Position numbers and translations under genes: made by a program
In this document: positions 9,367-19,288 of the stretch, in pieces
How the letters are laid out: every line of letters starts with the position of its first letter
Position numbering within the stretch: position 1 is the first letter of the stretch
Notes under the pieces: model-generated
Database searches by the model: none
Told to the model about the DNA's origin: nothing
Seen by the model: only the letters and a program-made list of their open reading frames with translations
NCBI GenBank assembly: GCA_965223545.1
Contig: OZ245006.1
Span: forward strand, 3,264,001 to 3,328,000
Origin: Planctomycetota bacterium
GTDB taxonomy: Bacteria; Planctomycetota; UBA1135; UBA2386
Length of the DNA: 64,000 nucleotides
Direction: 5' to 3'

Positions 9367-11439
9367 ATGCGCGTCACCCCTACGGCCCTCTTGGCCTGCC
9401 TCGCCGGCCTCCAGCTCCCATCACAGACCGACCCGGCAGCCACGCTCGAACGTCCCGCCAACCACTTGCAGATCGCGCAACTGCTCGACTGGGAGTCGGT
9501 GTCGTCACCGCGAATCTCACCGGATGGCCAGCACGTGGTCTTCACCCGACGGTGGAACGACCGCCTCGCCGACCGGCGTCAGAGCGAGCTGTGGCGCGTG
9601 CGCATCGACGGCTCGCGGCTGACCCAGCTCGGCGACGGCGCGGATCCGCGGTGGTCTCCCGACGGCACGCGGCTGGCCTTCGTGCGCGAGGGTGAGCCCG
9701 GCGGCGCGCAGATCCACGTGATGTGGCTCGACACCCGCGAAGTCACGCAAGTCACGCGCGTCGATCAGAGCCCCTCGTCGCTGCGCTGGTCGCCGGACGG
9801 CACGCGCATCGCGTTCTCGGCGCAGGTGCCGTCCTCGGCCGACGGACTGAAGATCGACATGCCCAAGCCACCGAAGGGGGCCAAGTGGGCGCCACCACCG
9901 CGCATCGTCACCCGGCTGGCCTATCGCCGCGATCGGAGCGGCTACCGCCCCGACGGCTTTCGCCATCTGTTCGTCGTCGACGCGGCCGGGGGCACGCCCC
10001 GCCAGATCACGCACGGCGACTTCGACCACGGCCCACCGCGTTGGACACCCGACGGAACACGCCTGGTGTTCGACGGCCTGCGCGCCGAAGACGCCGACTG
10101 GCAGATCCGCGAATCCGAGATCTACGCGATCGAGATCGACAGCGGCACGGTGCATCAGCTCACGCGGCGCGAAGGACCCGATCGCAGCCCCGAAGTGTCG
10201 CCCGACGGCCAGTGGATCGTCTACACGGGATACGACAAGAACCGCGACACCTACAACGTCGCCTCGCTCCATCTGATGCGAGCCGACGGCAGCGACGCGC
10301 GCGTCCTGGTCGGCGACCTCGACCGCGCGCTGGGCGGCCTGCACTGGGCACCGGACGGCAGCGGCGTGTTCTTCACCGTGCAGGACCAGGGCACCCGCGA
10401 CGCCTACCACGCCGCCGTCGACGGGTCGCTCACGCGCGTCACGCGCGGCCAGCACCAGTTCTCCTGCACCGGCGTCGGCCCGCGCGGCCTGCTCGTCGGC
10501 ACCTGGACCGATCCCCACCACGAGACGGACATCGCCATCGCCGAGCTCGGCGGTGACCCCACACCGCGACGGCTGACCCGCGTCAACGACGACCTGCTGG
10601 AGCACGTGCAGCTCGGCGACGTCGAGGAAGTCCGTTACCGGTCGACCGATGACCTCGAGATCCAAGGTTGGATCGTCAAGCCGCCCGACTTCGACCCGGC
10701 GCAGAAGTACCCGCTGATCCTCCAGATCCACGGCGGGCCACACTCGATGTATGGGTGGCGGTTCAGCTTCGAACGCCACAACCACGCGGCAGCCGGCTAC
10801 GTCGTGCTCTACACCAACCCCCGCGGCAGCGTCGGCTACGGCAAGGAGTTCGGCAACGCCATCGACAACGCCTACCCGGGACGCGACTACGACGACCTCA
10901 TGGCGGGCGTCGACACAGTCATCGCGCGCGGCTACATCGACGAAGACCGCCTCTTCGTGTACGGCGGCAGCGGCGGCGGCGTGCTGACGGCATGGATCGT
11001 CGGCAAGACGGACCGCTTCCGCGCCGCGGTCTCGATGTTCCCGGTGACCAACTGGATCAGCTTCGTCGGCACCACCGACGGACCGTACTGGTACACGAAC
11101 TTCGACAAGCTGCCCTGGGAAGACCCGACGGAACACTGGCAGCGGTCGCCGCTGCGCTTGGTCGGCAACGTCAAGACGCCGACGCTGCTGATCACCGGCG
11201 AGCTCGACCTCCGCACCCCGATGAGCCAAACCGAGGAGTACTATCAGGCGCTCAAGCTGCGCAAGGTCGAGACGGCGATGATCCGCGTACCGGACGAGTA
11301 CCACGGTGCGGCGGGACGCCGGGTTTCCAACCAGCTGCGGCGCATCCTGTACGTGCGGTCCTGGTTCGAGAAGTACGGCAGCGGCCCGGGCCAGTCGTCG
11401 GACAGCGCGGTCGAAGCGGGCTTCGCGCCGGGTCGCTGA
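9367..11439 (+). CDS. S9 family peptidase (dipeptidyl/acylaminoacyl peptidase) with PD40 propeller
   Basis: Signal peptide, WSPDG repeats, IHGGPH, GGSGGG nucleophile elbow, D (ELDLRT) and H (EYHG) of the catalytic triad. Confidence 0.92.
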   Translation: MRVTPTALLACLAGLQLPSQTDPAATLERPANHLQIAQLLDWESVSSPRISPDGQHVVFTRRWNDRLADRRQSELWRVRIDGSRLTQLGDGADPRWSPDGTRLAFVREGEPGGAQIHVMWLDTREVTQVTRVDQSPSSLRWSPDGTRIAFSAQVPSSADGLKIDMPKPPKGAKWAPPPRIVTRLAYRRDRSGYRPDGFRHLFVVDAAGGTPRQITHGDFDHGPPRWTPDGTRLVFDGLRAEDADWQIRESEIYAIEIDSGTVHQLTRREGPDRSPEVSPDGQWIVYTGYDKNRDTYNVASLHLMRADGSDARVLVGDLDRALGGLHWAPDGSGVFFTVQDQGTRDAYHAAVDGSLTRVTRGQHQFSCTGVGPRGLLVGTWTDPHHETDIAIAELGGDPTPRRLTRVNDDLLEHVQLGDVEEVRYRSTDDLEIQGWIVKPPDFDPAQKYPLILQIHGGPHSMYGWRFSFERHNHAAAGYVVLYTNPRGSVGYGKEFGNAIDNAYPGRDYDDLMAGVDTVIARGYIDEDRLFVYGGSGGGVLTAWIVGKTDRFRAAVSMFPVTNWISFVGTTDGPYWYTNFDKLPWEDPTEHWQRSPLRLVGNVKTPTLLITGELDLRTPMSQTEEYYQALKLRKVETAMIRVPDEYHGAAGRRVSNQLRRILYVRSWFEKYGSGPGQSSDSAVEAGFAPGR

Positions 11440-11568
11440 CCGGGCACGCGCGGGCGACAGCGGCACCGACGCCGGCGGCACCTCCTTCTTGAGAAACGTG
11501 GCCGCCGCCGCGGGTGACTTCCGCATGCAGCGGACGTTCGTCCAACGGACCGACTGCAAGGAAGAATC

Positions 11569-12564
11569 ATGACGCCCAACGTTCGCCACGCCGCCCCCCT
11601 CACCCCGTTCCGCGCCCTGGCCCCGGCGCTGCTCCTGGCCGCGGCACCGCTGGCCGGGCAGGTCGCGCGCGTGGCCTCGCCCGAGCGAACGCCACTCAAC
11701 CCGATGCGCATCGCCACCGGCCGGTGGTACGAGGCCAACACCAGCGGGGCGAGCCTGACGGTCGGCAGCTTCCCCGCCGGCATGGCGTTCGACGGCGCGC
11801 ACATGTGGGTGGTGGCCGGCACCGACACCATCCACAAGATCCGCGCCGCCGACATGCAGGTCGTCAACAGCTATAGCACCGAGTCGCCGGTCGCCGTGTG
11901 CTACGACGGCGCCCACATCTGGGTGACCAACAGCGGCTTCGCCGACACCGTCACCCAGCTGCGCGCGGCCGACGGCAGCGTGGTGCGCACGGTTGCGGTG
12001 GGCGACAACCCGCACGGCATCACCTTCGACGGAACCCACGTGTGGGTCGCCAACACCTTCGGAAACTCGATCACCAAGATCCGCGCCAACGACGGCACCG
12101 TCGTCAACACCATCCCCACCGGCACGATGCCCGGCGGCATGGCGTTCGACGGCAGCCACGTCTGGGTCGTCGTCAACGGCCCGCGGCACGCGCTGAAGAT
12201 CCGCGCCGCCGACGACGCCATCGTCGCCACCGTGCCGGTCGGCAACAATCCGGCCGGCGCGGTGTTCGACGGCCGCTCGGTGTGGGTCGCCAACTACGAC
12301 GACGACACGGTCACGCAGATCTTGGCGGTGCCCGGGACGGTGGCCGGCACACACGCCGTGGGCGATGGACCGCTCGACGTCATCTTCGACGGGCACGCGA
12401 TCTGGGTGTCCTGCTTCGACGACGGCACCGTGTCGGTGCTGCGCCGGCGGACCGGCGCTTCCCTCGGCAGTCACCCGGCCGGCGCGGCCCCCACGCGGCT
12501 TGCCTTCGACGGCGTGTCCGTCTGGGTGGGCAACACCGGCCCCGGCACCGTCACCAAGCTGTAG
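11569..12564 (+). CDS. secreted YncE/YVTN-type beta-propeller repeat protein
   Basis: Seven repeats of VGxxPxGxxFDGxxVWVxN; signal peptide. Confidence 0.85.
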   Translation: MTPNVRHAAPLTPFRALAPALLLAAAPLAGQVARVASPERTPLNPMRIATGRWYEANTSGASLTVGSFPAGMAFDGAHMWVVAGTDTIHKIRAADMQVVNSYSTESPVAVCYDGAHIWVTNSGFADTVTQLRAADGSVVRTVAVGDNPHGITFDGTHVWVANTFGNSITKIRANDGTVVNTIPTGTMPGGMAFDGSHVWVVVNGPRHALKIRAADDAIVATVPVGNNPAGAVFDGRSVWVANYDDDTVTQILAVPGTVAGTHAVGDGPLDVIFDGHAIWVSCFDDGTVSVLRRRTGASLGSHPAGAAPTRLAFDGVSVWVGNTGPGTVTKL

Positions 12565-12598
12565 CCCCCGCTTGCGAGATTGGGCGACGCCCGCTCGA

Positions 12599-13584
12599 TC
12601 AGCCCAGCGCGATCTGCACCGCGATCGCGCCGAGCGCCGCCGCGGTGAGGCTCCAGCCGACCAACCAGGCCCTGCCGGCCGCCACCGGCGCGCCGCCGCC
12701 AGCCACGGTGAGCTGCGTCAAGCGCTGCGCCAGCTCGGTGCCGGCGGCGGACCGCACGGTGCACACGATGCCGGCGGGTCGCCGCGCGACGCCGGTGTCG
12801 ACCAACCGCTCGACCTCGAGAAGGGCGCGGGCCAACACGCGCGCAGCGTCACTGCCGGGGCGCACCGCCATCGCGTCCGTGGCGAGCTCGGCAGCGCGGC
12901 GGGCGTCGCGCCAAAGCCACCACAGCAGTGGGTTCCACCAGCAGAACGCGCATCCGAGCCGCCCGACGAGCACCGCGGCCGGGTCGCGACGTCGCAGATG
13001 GGCGTGCTCGTGGCGCAGGATCACGTGCCGTGCGCGCGGACCCAGCGCCTGCCAGACCGGTGCCGACAGCACCAACACCGGTCGCAACGCGCCGATCAGC
13101 ATCGGGCTCTGCGCGCCGTCGACCATCACCGCGCGCGGCGCGGCGACCCCGATTGCCGCCGCCGCACGCCGAACCTCCATCGCAACTCCGACCGGTACCG
13201 AGCGCGCCACCCGCCGCAGCCGCGCCTGCGCGGTCATGCCGAGACCCAACCAGACGAGGAGCACCGCCGTGCCGCAGGCCCATGGCACGCGAAGCGCGAC
13301 GTGAAGCAGCCCTCCCCGGCGGCAGGCGGCACCGCCGCGGCTAGGCACGGCGCGAGCCCGGCCGCGCGCCAGTGGTCCCGCAGACGCGCAATCCACTCGC
13401 CCGCGTCGCGGACCACGGGCAGAAGCGCAGCCACCGCCATCGCCAGGGTGACCGCGACGACGACCGCATGGCGCAACTGCGGACCGGCATGCCGGCGCGA
13501 CCAAAGCGCGAACAACACCAGCACCGGCGCCACCGCCAAACCGACGTACCACGAGCGCACAAAGGCCTCGTGCAGCACGGTCAC
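12599..13584 (-). pseudogene. BlaR1/M56 metallopeptidase, frameshifted near 13310
   Basis: N-terminal TM helices lie in the frame starting at GTG 13584 (coupled to the BlaI stop). The SPMLIG/HEHAH/WWNP/ELATD core is in another frame. The switch is near GGGGAGGG; may be a sequencing error. Confidence 0.75.
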
Positions 13585-13979
13585 CGTGCTCGCCGCCCGC
13601 GCTTCTCGGCAGCCTCGTCGAGGAGCTGCTGCAGCTCCTCGAGCTCGCCCGGTTCGAACTTTCCCGTCCGCAACAGCTGCACGGCCAACGATCCGGCGGC
13701 ACCGTCGTATACCTCGCGAACCAAGTCCCGCAACCGGCGGCGGCCGAACTGTTCGCGGGTGACCCGGGCGCGAAACACCTGCGGCGCCGCCGCTTCGTTG
13801 CGGGTGACGAAGCGCTTGTCCAGGAGCCGGCGCAACACCGTCTGCACCGTGTTGTAGGCGAGCTGCCGGCCGCGGTCGCCAAGCGCGTGGTGCACTTCGC
13901 GCACGGTGGCCGGTCCGCCGTCCCACAGGACGCGGAGCACTTCCAGCTCACCGGCACCGAGATCGGGAGGACGTTGCAC
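13581..13979 (-). CDS. BlaI/MecI/CopY family repressor
   Basis: ELEVLRVLW, ATVREV, LAYNTVQTVLRRLLDK; adjacent to an M56 gene. Confidence 0.9.
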   Translation of the reverse strand: MQRPPDLGAGELEVLRVLWDGGPATVREVHHALGDRGRQLAYNTVQTVLRRLLDKRFVTRNEAAAPQVFRARVTREQFGRRRLRDLVREVYDGAAGSLAVQLLRTGKFEPGELEELQQLLDEAAEKRGRRAR

Positions 13980-14059
13980 GGTCTTCGTCGGGCGCCGCCA
14001 GTCTACGCCGGCGCGCACGATCCGGAAAGTCTCCCGAGCACACGAGGCCGGCACCTACC

Positions 14060-14086
14060 TACAGTTGTCGGTTACCTACAGGTGTA
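14060..14086. promoter_or_regulatory. two BlaI/CopY-type operator boxes
   Basis: TACAggTGTA at 14077-14086 (perfect) and TACAgtTGTC at 14060-14069, in the divergent gap next to blaI. Confidence 0.75.
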
Positions 14087-14093
14087 GTTCATC

Positions 14094-15542
14094 ATGGATC
14101 GACGACAGTTCCTCGAATCGTCTCTGTTCGGCCTCGGCGCCGGGTGCACTCCGCCTCGGCGCGAGTCCACCGCCGTCCAAGACGCGCCGGTGCCCTCGCT
14201 CCCGGAGATGGCGCGCGCCGTGCTCGCCGCCGATCGCGACGAGGTCCACGACCTGGCGCTCGGCTGGGCCGACCGCGGTGCCTCGCCGCGCACCTTGCTG
14301 GGCGCCGCCTACCTCGCCGGCTTGGCCGAGATCAACCCCAGTCCGATCGGTGGCCAGGTGCACGCGATGATGATGGTCGCCTCCGCGGCGGAAACGACCG
14401 CCCTGCTCCCCGCGCGGCACCGCCTCTTGCCGGCGCTCTTCAACCTGGATCGCACCAAGAGGAGCCAGCAGCGCGACGCCGGCAGCGGGCGGGGTGATTG
14501 GCAGATGCCCGCTCCGCCGGACACCGAACCACTGCCGCGCGCCGAGGCCGAGGCTGCGCTGACGGACGCGCTCCGCGACTGGGATCTCGCCGCGGCCGAC
14601 CGCGCCGGGACGCGGTTGCACCAAGCGACGTCGCTGCCGGATTTCTTCGAGACCCTGTGGCGTTGGGCGGCGCGCGACTTTCGCATCATCGGCCACAAGA
14701 TCATCTTCGCCACGCAGAGCTACCGCGCGCTGCACGAGATCGGCTGGCGCCACGGCCGCGACGCCGTGCGCGCGGTGCTGTTCGGCATCTTGGACCAGAA
14801 CCCCTACGACGCCTTCGACCGCGAGACGTCCACCGCCATCCTGTCCTGCGGGGACCGCAACTGGGAGCACGCGGCGGGGCTCGCTCCCGGCTGGGAACAC
14901 GGCACGCACGACGGCGAGGCCTGCCAGATGCTGTTCCGCGAGCTGCGCTCGCGCGATGCCGAGGCCAGCGCGGACGCAGTGCTCGCGCACCTCGCCGCCG
15001 GCCACGGCGCCGCTTCGGCTTGGGACGCGGTGCGGCTGCGCGCGTTCGAGCTGGTCGCGCAGAACCCGCACATCGCCGGCATCCACCCCGTGACCTCGGT
15101 GAACGCGCTGCACCGCGCGGCCCTCTACACGACCCAGCCCGCGAGCAAGGCGTACATGCTGCTGCAGGCCGCGAGCTATCAGCCGATGTTCTTGCCGATC
15201 TTCGCCGAGCGCCGGCGCGCGAAGAACGACGTGCAGATCGAGGCCCTCGTCGAGGGAAGCCAGCGCGGCGATCCGTTCGCGGAGACCGATCCGTTCGCCG
15301 CGGCCCCGCGCGCCGCCGCCGCGCTGCGCGAGGGCGACCCGGCGCGGTTTGCCGCGCGCGCTGCGGAGGTGCTGGCCCGCAAGGCACAGCACGACCACGA
15401 CTACAAGTTCACGGTCGCCGCGGTCGAGGAGATCGGCGCGGCACACCCAGCGGTGCGACCGCTGCTCGGCGCCGCGGCGATGTTCTTCCTGCGGACCGAG
15501 CGGTCCAGGGACAACGCGGTGTTCGAGCGCTTGCGCGGCTGA
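14094..15542 (+). CDS. Tat-exported hypothetical protein with His motifs
   Basis: MDRRQFL twin-arginine signal; QVHAMM, IGHKIIF, GIHPVTSVNALH and DHDYKF motifs in a helical, apparently duplicated architecture. Confidence 0.7.
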   Translation: MDRRQFLESSLFGLGAGCTPPRRESTAVQDAPVPSLPEMARAVLAADRDEVHDLALGWADRGASPRTLLGAAYLAGLAEINPSPIGGQVHAMMMVASAAETTALLPARHRLLPALFNLDRTKRSQQRDAGSGRGDWQMPAPPDTEPLPRAEAEAALTDALRDWDLAAADRAGTRLHQATSLPDFFETLWRWAARDFRIIGHKIIFATQSYRALHEIGWRHGRDAVRAVLFGILDQNPYDAFDRETSTAILSCGDRNWEHAAGLAPGWEHGTHDGEACQMLFRELRSRDAEASADAVLAHLAAGHGAASAWDAVRLRAFELVAQNPHIAGIHPVTSVNALHRAALYTTQPASKAYMLLQAASYQPMFLPIFAERRRAKNDVQIEALVEGSQRGDPFAETDPFAAAPRAAAALREGDPARFAARAAEVLARKAQHDHDYKFTVAAVEEIGAAHPAVRPLLGAAAMFFLRTERSRDNAVFERLRG

Positions 15543-15622
15543 GCGGGGTCCGGCCGACCCAGGACTTGCTCCGCAAGCGCGAAGTTGGCGGCAGACAACC
15601 GCCGCCGCTGCGGATCTCCGGC

Positions 15623-16240
15623 ATGAGATCACCCTCGTCGCTGTCCTTCCGCGTCGCGGGCCTGGTGGCCGCCGTGGGCGTGCTGCTCCCGACCGCAATG
15701 CAAGACCCGGTGCCGGCGGCCACATCCGAGCCCAGCTACGACGACGCGGGCGCCCTGCTGGCTCCCGTCGGTTGGCAACAGTGGCCATTGGCCGGCAGCT
15801 CGCTGGGCCTGGGCTACTCGGCGCGACCGCCGGGCACGCCCTGGGGCACCTTCAAGCACGTGCACCTGCCGCCGGAGGCGATGGCGCACTACGCGGCCAC
15901 CGGTCGGTTTGCCGAGCACACGATGCTGGTGATGGCGATCTACGAGCCCGACGACCGCGCGGAGCCCGCCAAGAGCGGCGTGTTCGCCGACCGTCTGGTC
16001 GCCGTCGAGGTCGCCGTCAAGGACAGCGAGCGCTACGCCGACGACGGCGGCTGGGCCTACTTCGACTTCGGCGCCGGCGACAGTGCCAAGCCACGCGCCA
16101 CGCCGTTTGCGCGGGCACAATGCGCCGCGTGTCACACCGAGCACGGCGCCGTCGACAACGTCTTCGTGCAGTTCTACTCGGTGCTCCGCGACGCGCGCGC
16201 CGCCCACCTGGAACGCGGCGACGCCCCCACGGGTCGCTGA
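15623..16240 (+). CDS. cytochrome P460 / c'-beta family protein
   Basis: Signal peptide, FKHVH, EVAVKDSERY..GGWAYFDF, C-terminal CAACH, DNVFVQFY. Confidence 0.85.
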   Translation: MRSPSSLSFRVAGLVAAVGVLLPTAMQDPVPAATSEPSYDDAGALLAPVGWQQWPLAGSSLGLGYSARPPGTPWGTFKHVHLPPEAMAHYAATGRFAEHTMLVMAIYEPDDRAEPAKSGVFADRLVAVEVAVKDSERYADDGGWAYFDFGAGDSAKPRATPFARAQCAACHTEHGAVDNVFVQFYSVLRDARAAHLERGDAPTGR

Positions 16241-16249
16241 CCCGCGGCG

Positions 16250-16822
16250 CTACTCGGCCATCTGCGCCAAGATCCGGCGGACCTCGGCGAGCACGCGCGA
16301 CTTCGCTTTGTACACCTGGTTGCGATTGATGCGAAACGCCAGCTGCACGTCGTGCACGCTGCGCTCCTCCTCGAGCAACATCTCGAAGACCGCGTAGTCG
16401 CGCTCGGGCACGCGAAACCGGGCCCGCTGCAGCGCGTAGCGCAGGTGCTCCCCCTCCCACACGCGCCCCCAGTGCTCGGCGGGCGAGCACTCGCCCGACG
16501 ACAACACCGCCAGCTGCTCGGTCTGGATCCGCTGGGGCCGCGACCGGCGCAACGCATCGACGGCGCGCCCGTCGACCAGCCGAAACAGCCACGTCTTGAA
16601 CCGTCCGCGGCGGGGGTCGTAAGAGAATGACGGCAGCTTGCGCACCAGGAGTTCGAAGCACTGGTCGCGGACCTCACTGGCCAGGTCATCGCCGAGTCCG
16701 CGCGCGCGGGCGAAGCGGTAGATCAACGGAGCATACAAGTCGACGAACTGGCTCCACGCGTCGCCGTCGTTGTCGGCCACGCGCCGCAGCATGGTCGCGT
16801 GCGTGGTCGGCGCGCTGCTCAT
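16250..16822 (-). CDS. ECF sigma factor (kinase-associated)
   Basis: AWSQFVDLYAPLIY, GRFKTWL, VYKAKSRV; overlaps the kinase stop. Confidence 0.88.
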   Translation of the reverse strand: MSSAPTTHATMLRRVADNDGDAWSQFVDLYAPLIYRFARARGLGDDLASEVRDQCFELLVRKLPSFSYDPRRGRFKTWLFRLVDGRAVDALRRSRPQRIQTEQLAVLSSGECSPAEHWGRVWEGEHLRYALQRARFRVPERDYAVFEMLLEEERSVHDVQLAFRINRNQVYKAKSRVLAEVRRILAQMAE

Positions 16823-19176
16823 CGGCGCCCTCGGCTGACGGCGGAGCGCAGCGCGCGCAGCACGCGCTCGGTCTCGGCGCGGACCGCGTCGGGCGCGTTC
16901 TTGGCCCGCTGCAGTCGCACGACCTCCTCGACCAAGGGGAGCGCCTCGCCCTCCCTGCCGCGACCGGCGAGCAGTTGTCCCAGGGCGAGTTGGTTGCGCA
17001 GCCGGTGCGGACAGGCATCGCCATACACGCGGCAGCCGACGCGCAACGACACCCGCAGCACGCGCTCGGCGGCGTCCGGCCGCGCCTCGGCGAGCAACAC
17101 ATCGGCGAGAACGTTCATCTGTGCCGCGAGCTCGTAACGACCCGCCCCCTCGAGCTCGATGCGGGTCTGGTAGACGGCGTCGAGATCGACCGGAGCGCCG
17201 GCCGAGAGGGCCTCGGCCCACTCGGTCAGCCTGCCCGCTCGCTCGGGGTGACGCTCGGCCAGTCCCGACAGCTCGCTGGTCAACGCCGCGTATGCCGACA
17301 GCCGAGCGGTGCGCGGATCGCCAGTGTCGCGCGCGCGCTCCGCGTGCTGCCACAAGAAGTCCGGGGCTCGCGCCCCATAAGCTCGGTCGAGCACGGCCGC
17401 CGCGGCGCCCATGTCCGCGCGCGCAGCCACGGCGTCGCCACGCGCGGCGCGCATCGATGCCAGCGCGCACAAGCCACGCGCCGTTGCCGCAGCCTCGGCA
17501 CCACCGTGCGCGCGGAGCGACTGTACGCACCGCTCGAGCCACCGCTCGCGTTCCACAGCCGGCACGACCCCATCGATCAGCGCTGCATACAGCTCGACCC
17601 GATTGCGGACTGCACTGCTCTCCGGCTCCGCCTGGCCAAGTCCTTCGGCCGCCGCGCCGATCAACCGCGATGCGCGATCGACGTCGAGCACCTCGGGGTT
17701 GGTCGCCAAGACGAGGGCCAGATCCGCCTGTGCCGTCGCGCGATCCACGGCGTCGAGGTTTGCGTCACCGGGCGCGAGCGCGCGCTCCAAGACCTCGACG
17801 GCCTTGCTCCCGCCGGCGTCCGCCATGGCGCGGCCCAACGCCAAGGCGCAGCGCCGCGCGTCGCGCCCACCGTCTCGGACCTGCTCGCACAACCGCAGTG
17901 CTTCGCGCAGCTGATCGATCGCCGGCCCCAGCATCCACAACCGGTGATACGTCGTGCCCAGCACCAGGTGTAGCTCGGCCTTGACCTCGGGCGCGTCGGC
18001 GAGCGTGCCCCGCGCCAGGCGCTCCGCGGTCGCCTCCAACACCATCGCCGAGTGTGTGCCACCGGTGGCGTGGGTACCCGCGGCGGCCAGCGTCGAGCGC
18101 AACAGCTCCTGCACCGCGGCGGTCGTGCCCGTGCTCCGCTGCTGCTGCCAGTGCGACAGAGCGACCGCGTAGCCGGCAGCCGCCAGCACCACCGCCAAAC
18201 CGACGGCGACCAGCTTGCCACGGTGTCGAGAGAGGCTCTTGCCCATCACGTAGAGCAGCGAATCGCGCCGCGCAGCGATCGGCTGTCGCGCGAGGTAACG
18301 CACGAGGTCGAGACGCATCGCCTCGGCGGAGGCGTAGCGGCGCTCCGCGTCCTGATGCATCGCCGTGCGCACGATCGTGCGCAGGTCGCGATCGATGCCA
18401 ACCCCGCGAAGAGGCAGCGGCGCCTGTTCGGTGATCCGCTGCAGGCACTCCTGCAGTCCGCCGCTCATGTCGTGCGGCAACCGCCCGGCGAGCAGTTGGT
18501 AGAGCATCACGCCAAGCGCGTAGACATCGCCGCGCGTGTCCGGCGGCGACGGTCCGCGAAGCTGTTCGGGGGCCGCGTACGCGAGCGTTCCGACGAACTC
18601 GCCGGTCACCGTCCAGTGACGGCCTCGGTCCACGGCGGTGGCGATGCCGAAGTCCAGCACCCGCGCGCGATCGGCGTCGTCGACCAGCACGTTCTGCGGC
18701 TTGAGGTCGCGGTGGATCACGCCGCGGGTATGCGCGTGATGCACGGCAGCGCACACCTGCACGACGAGGCGCAGCACGGCGTCGCGGGCGCGCCCGACCG
18801 CCCAGTCGTCGAGCGCCACGCCCTCCACCCAGGGCATCACGCAGTAGAGTCGGTCCGCGGCGATGCCGTGATCCCGCACTCCGACGATGCCCGGGTGATC
18901 GAGATCGCCGAGCAACTCCAGCGCCCGCTCGAAGCGAAAGCGATGGCGCGGCGACGCCGCTGACGCACCGCGCAGCACCTTGATCGCGACTCGTGCACCG
19001 CTGCGCAGATCGGAAGCGGCGTAGACCGTCCCCTGCGCGCCCGCACCCACTTCGCCGTGTACGCTGTAGCGGTCGACCAACGCCGACGAGAGCACGACCG
19101 CCAATGGGGTCTCTTCGTGGACGGCCTCGCGCAACGCGCCGAACAGCCGATCGTCGTCGTGGGCGGCACTCGCCAT
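16819..19176 (-). CDS. Ser/Thr protein kinase with TM helix and TPR-like region
   Basis: VAIKVL, HRDLKPQN, DFG, YAAPEQ, DVYALG; TM helix; helical repeats. Confidence 0.92.
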   Translation of the reverse strand: MASAAHDDDRLFGALREAVHEETPLAVVLSSALVDRYSVHGEVGAGAQGTVYAASDLRSGARVAIKVLRGASAASPRHRFRFERALELLGDLDHPGIVGVRDHGIAADRLYCVMPWVEGVALDDWAVGRARDAVLRLVVQVCAAVHHAHTRGVIHRDLKPQNVLVDDADRARVLDFGIATAVDRGRHWTVTGEFVGTLAYAAPEQLRGPSPPDTRGDVYALGVMLYQLLAGRLPHDMSGGLQECLQRITEQAPLPLRGVGIDRDLRTIVRTAMHQDAERRYASAEAMRLDLVRYLARQPIAARRDSLLYVMGKSLSRHRGKLVAVGLAVVLAAAGYAVALSHWQQQRSTGTTAAVQELLRSTLAAAGTHATGGTHSAMVLEATAERLARGTLADAPEVKAELHLVLGTTYHRLWMLGPAIDQLREALRLCEQVRDGGRDARRCALALGRAMADAGGSKAVEVLERALAPGDANLDAVDRATAQADLALVLATNPEVLDVDRASRLIGAAAEGLGQAEPESSAVRNRVELYAALIDGVVPAVERERWLERCVQSLRAHGGAEAAATARGLCALASMRAARGDAVAARADMGAAAAVLDRAYGARAPDFLWQHAERARDTGDPRTARLSAYAALTSELSGLAERHPERAGRLTEWAEALSAGAPVDLDAVYQTRIELEGAGRYELAAQMNVLADVLLAEARPDAAERVLRVSLRVGCRVYGDACPHRLRNQLALGQLLAGRGREGEALPLVEEVVRLQRAKNAPDAVRAETERVLRALRSAVSRGRR

Positions 19177-19288
19177 GGCAAGAGGGGTAGTCCGGCGGTC
19201 GCTGCGAGTTCTGCCGGGTTTTCGCGAGCTTATCTCAGAATCTCGTACAACCGGCTGCTCGCCTCACACCTCGTCCCCAAGGCCGACC

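Noticed and set aside
9517..12474. 985-aa minus-strand ORF and similar long antisense ORFs (44712-47408, 49366-51963, 35420-37876, 51864-54167)
   Set aside because: Antisense shadows of well-supported genes, expected in high-GC DNA; no recognisable motifs.
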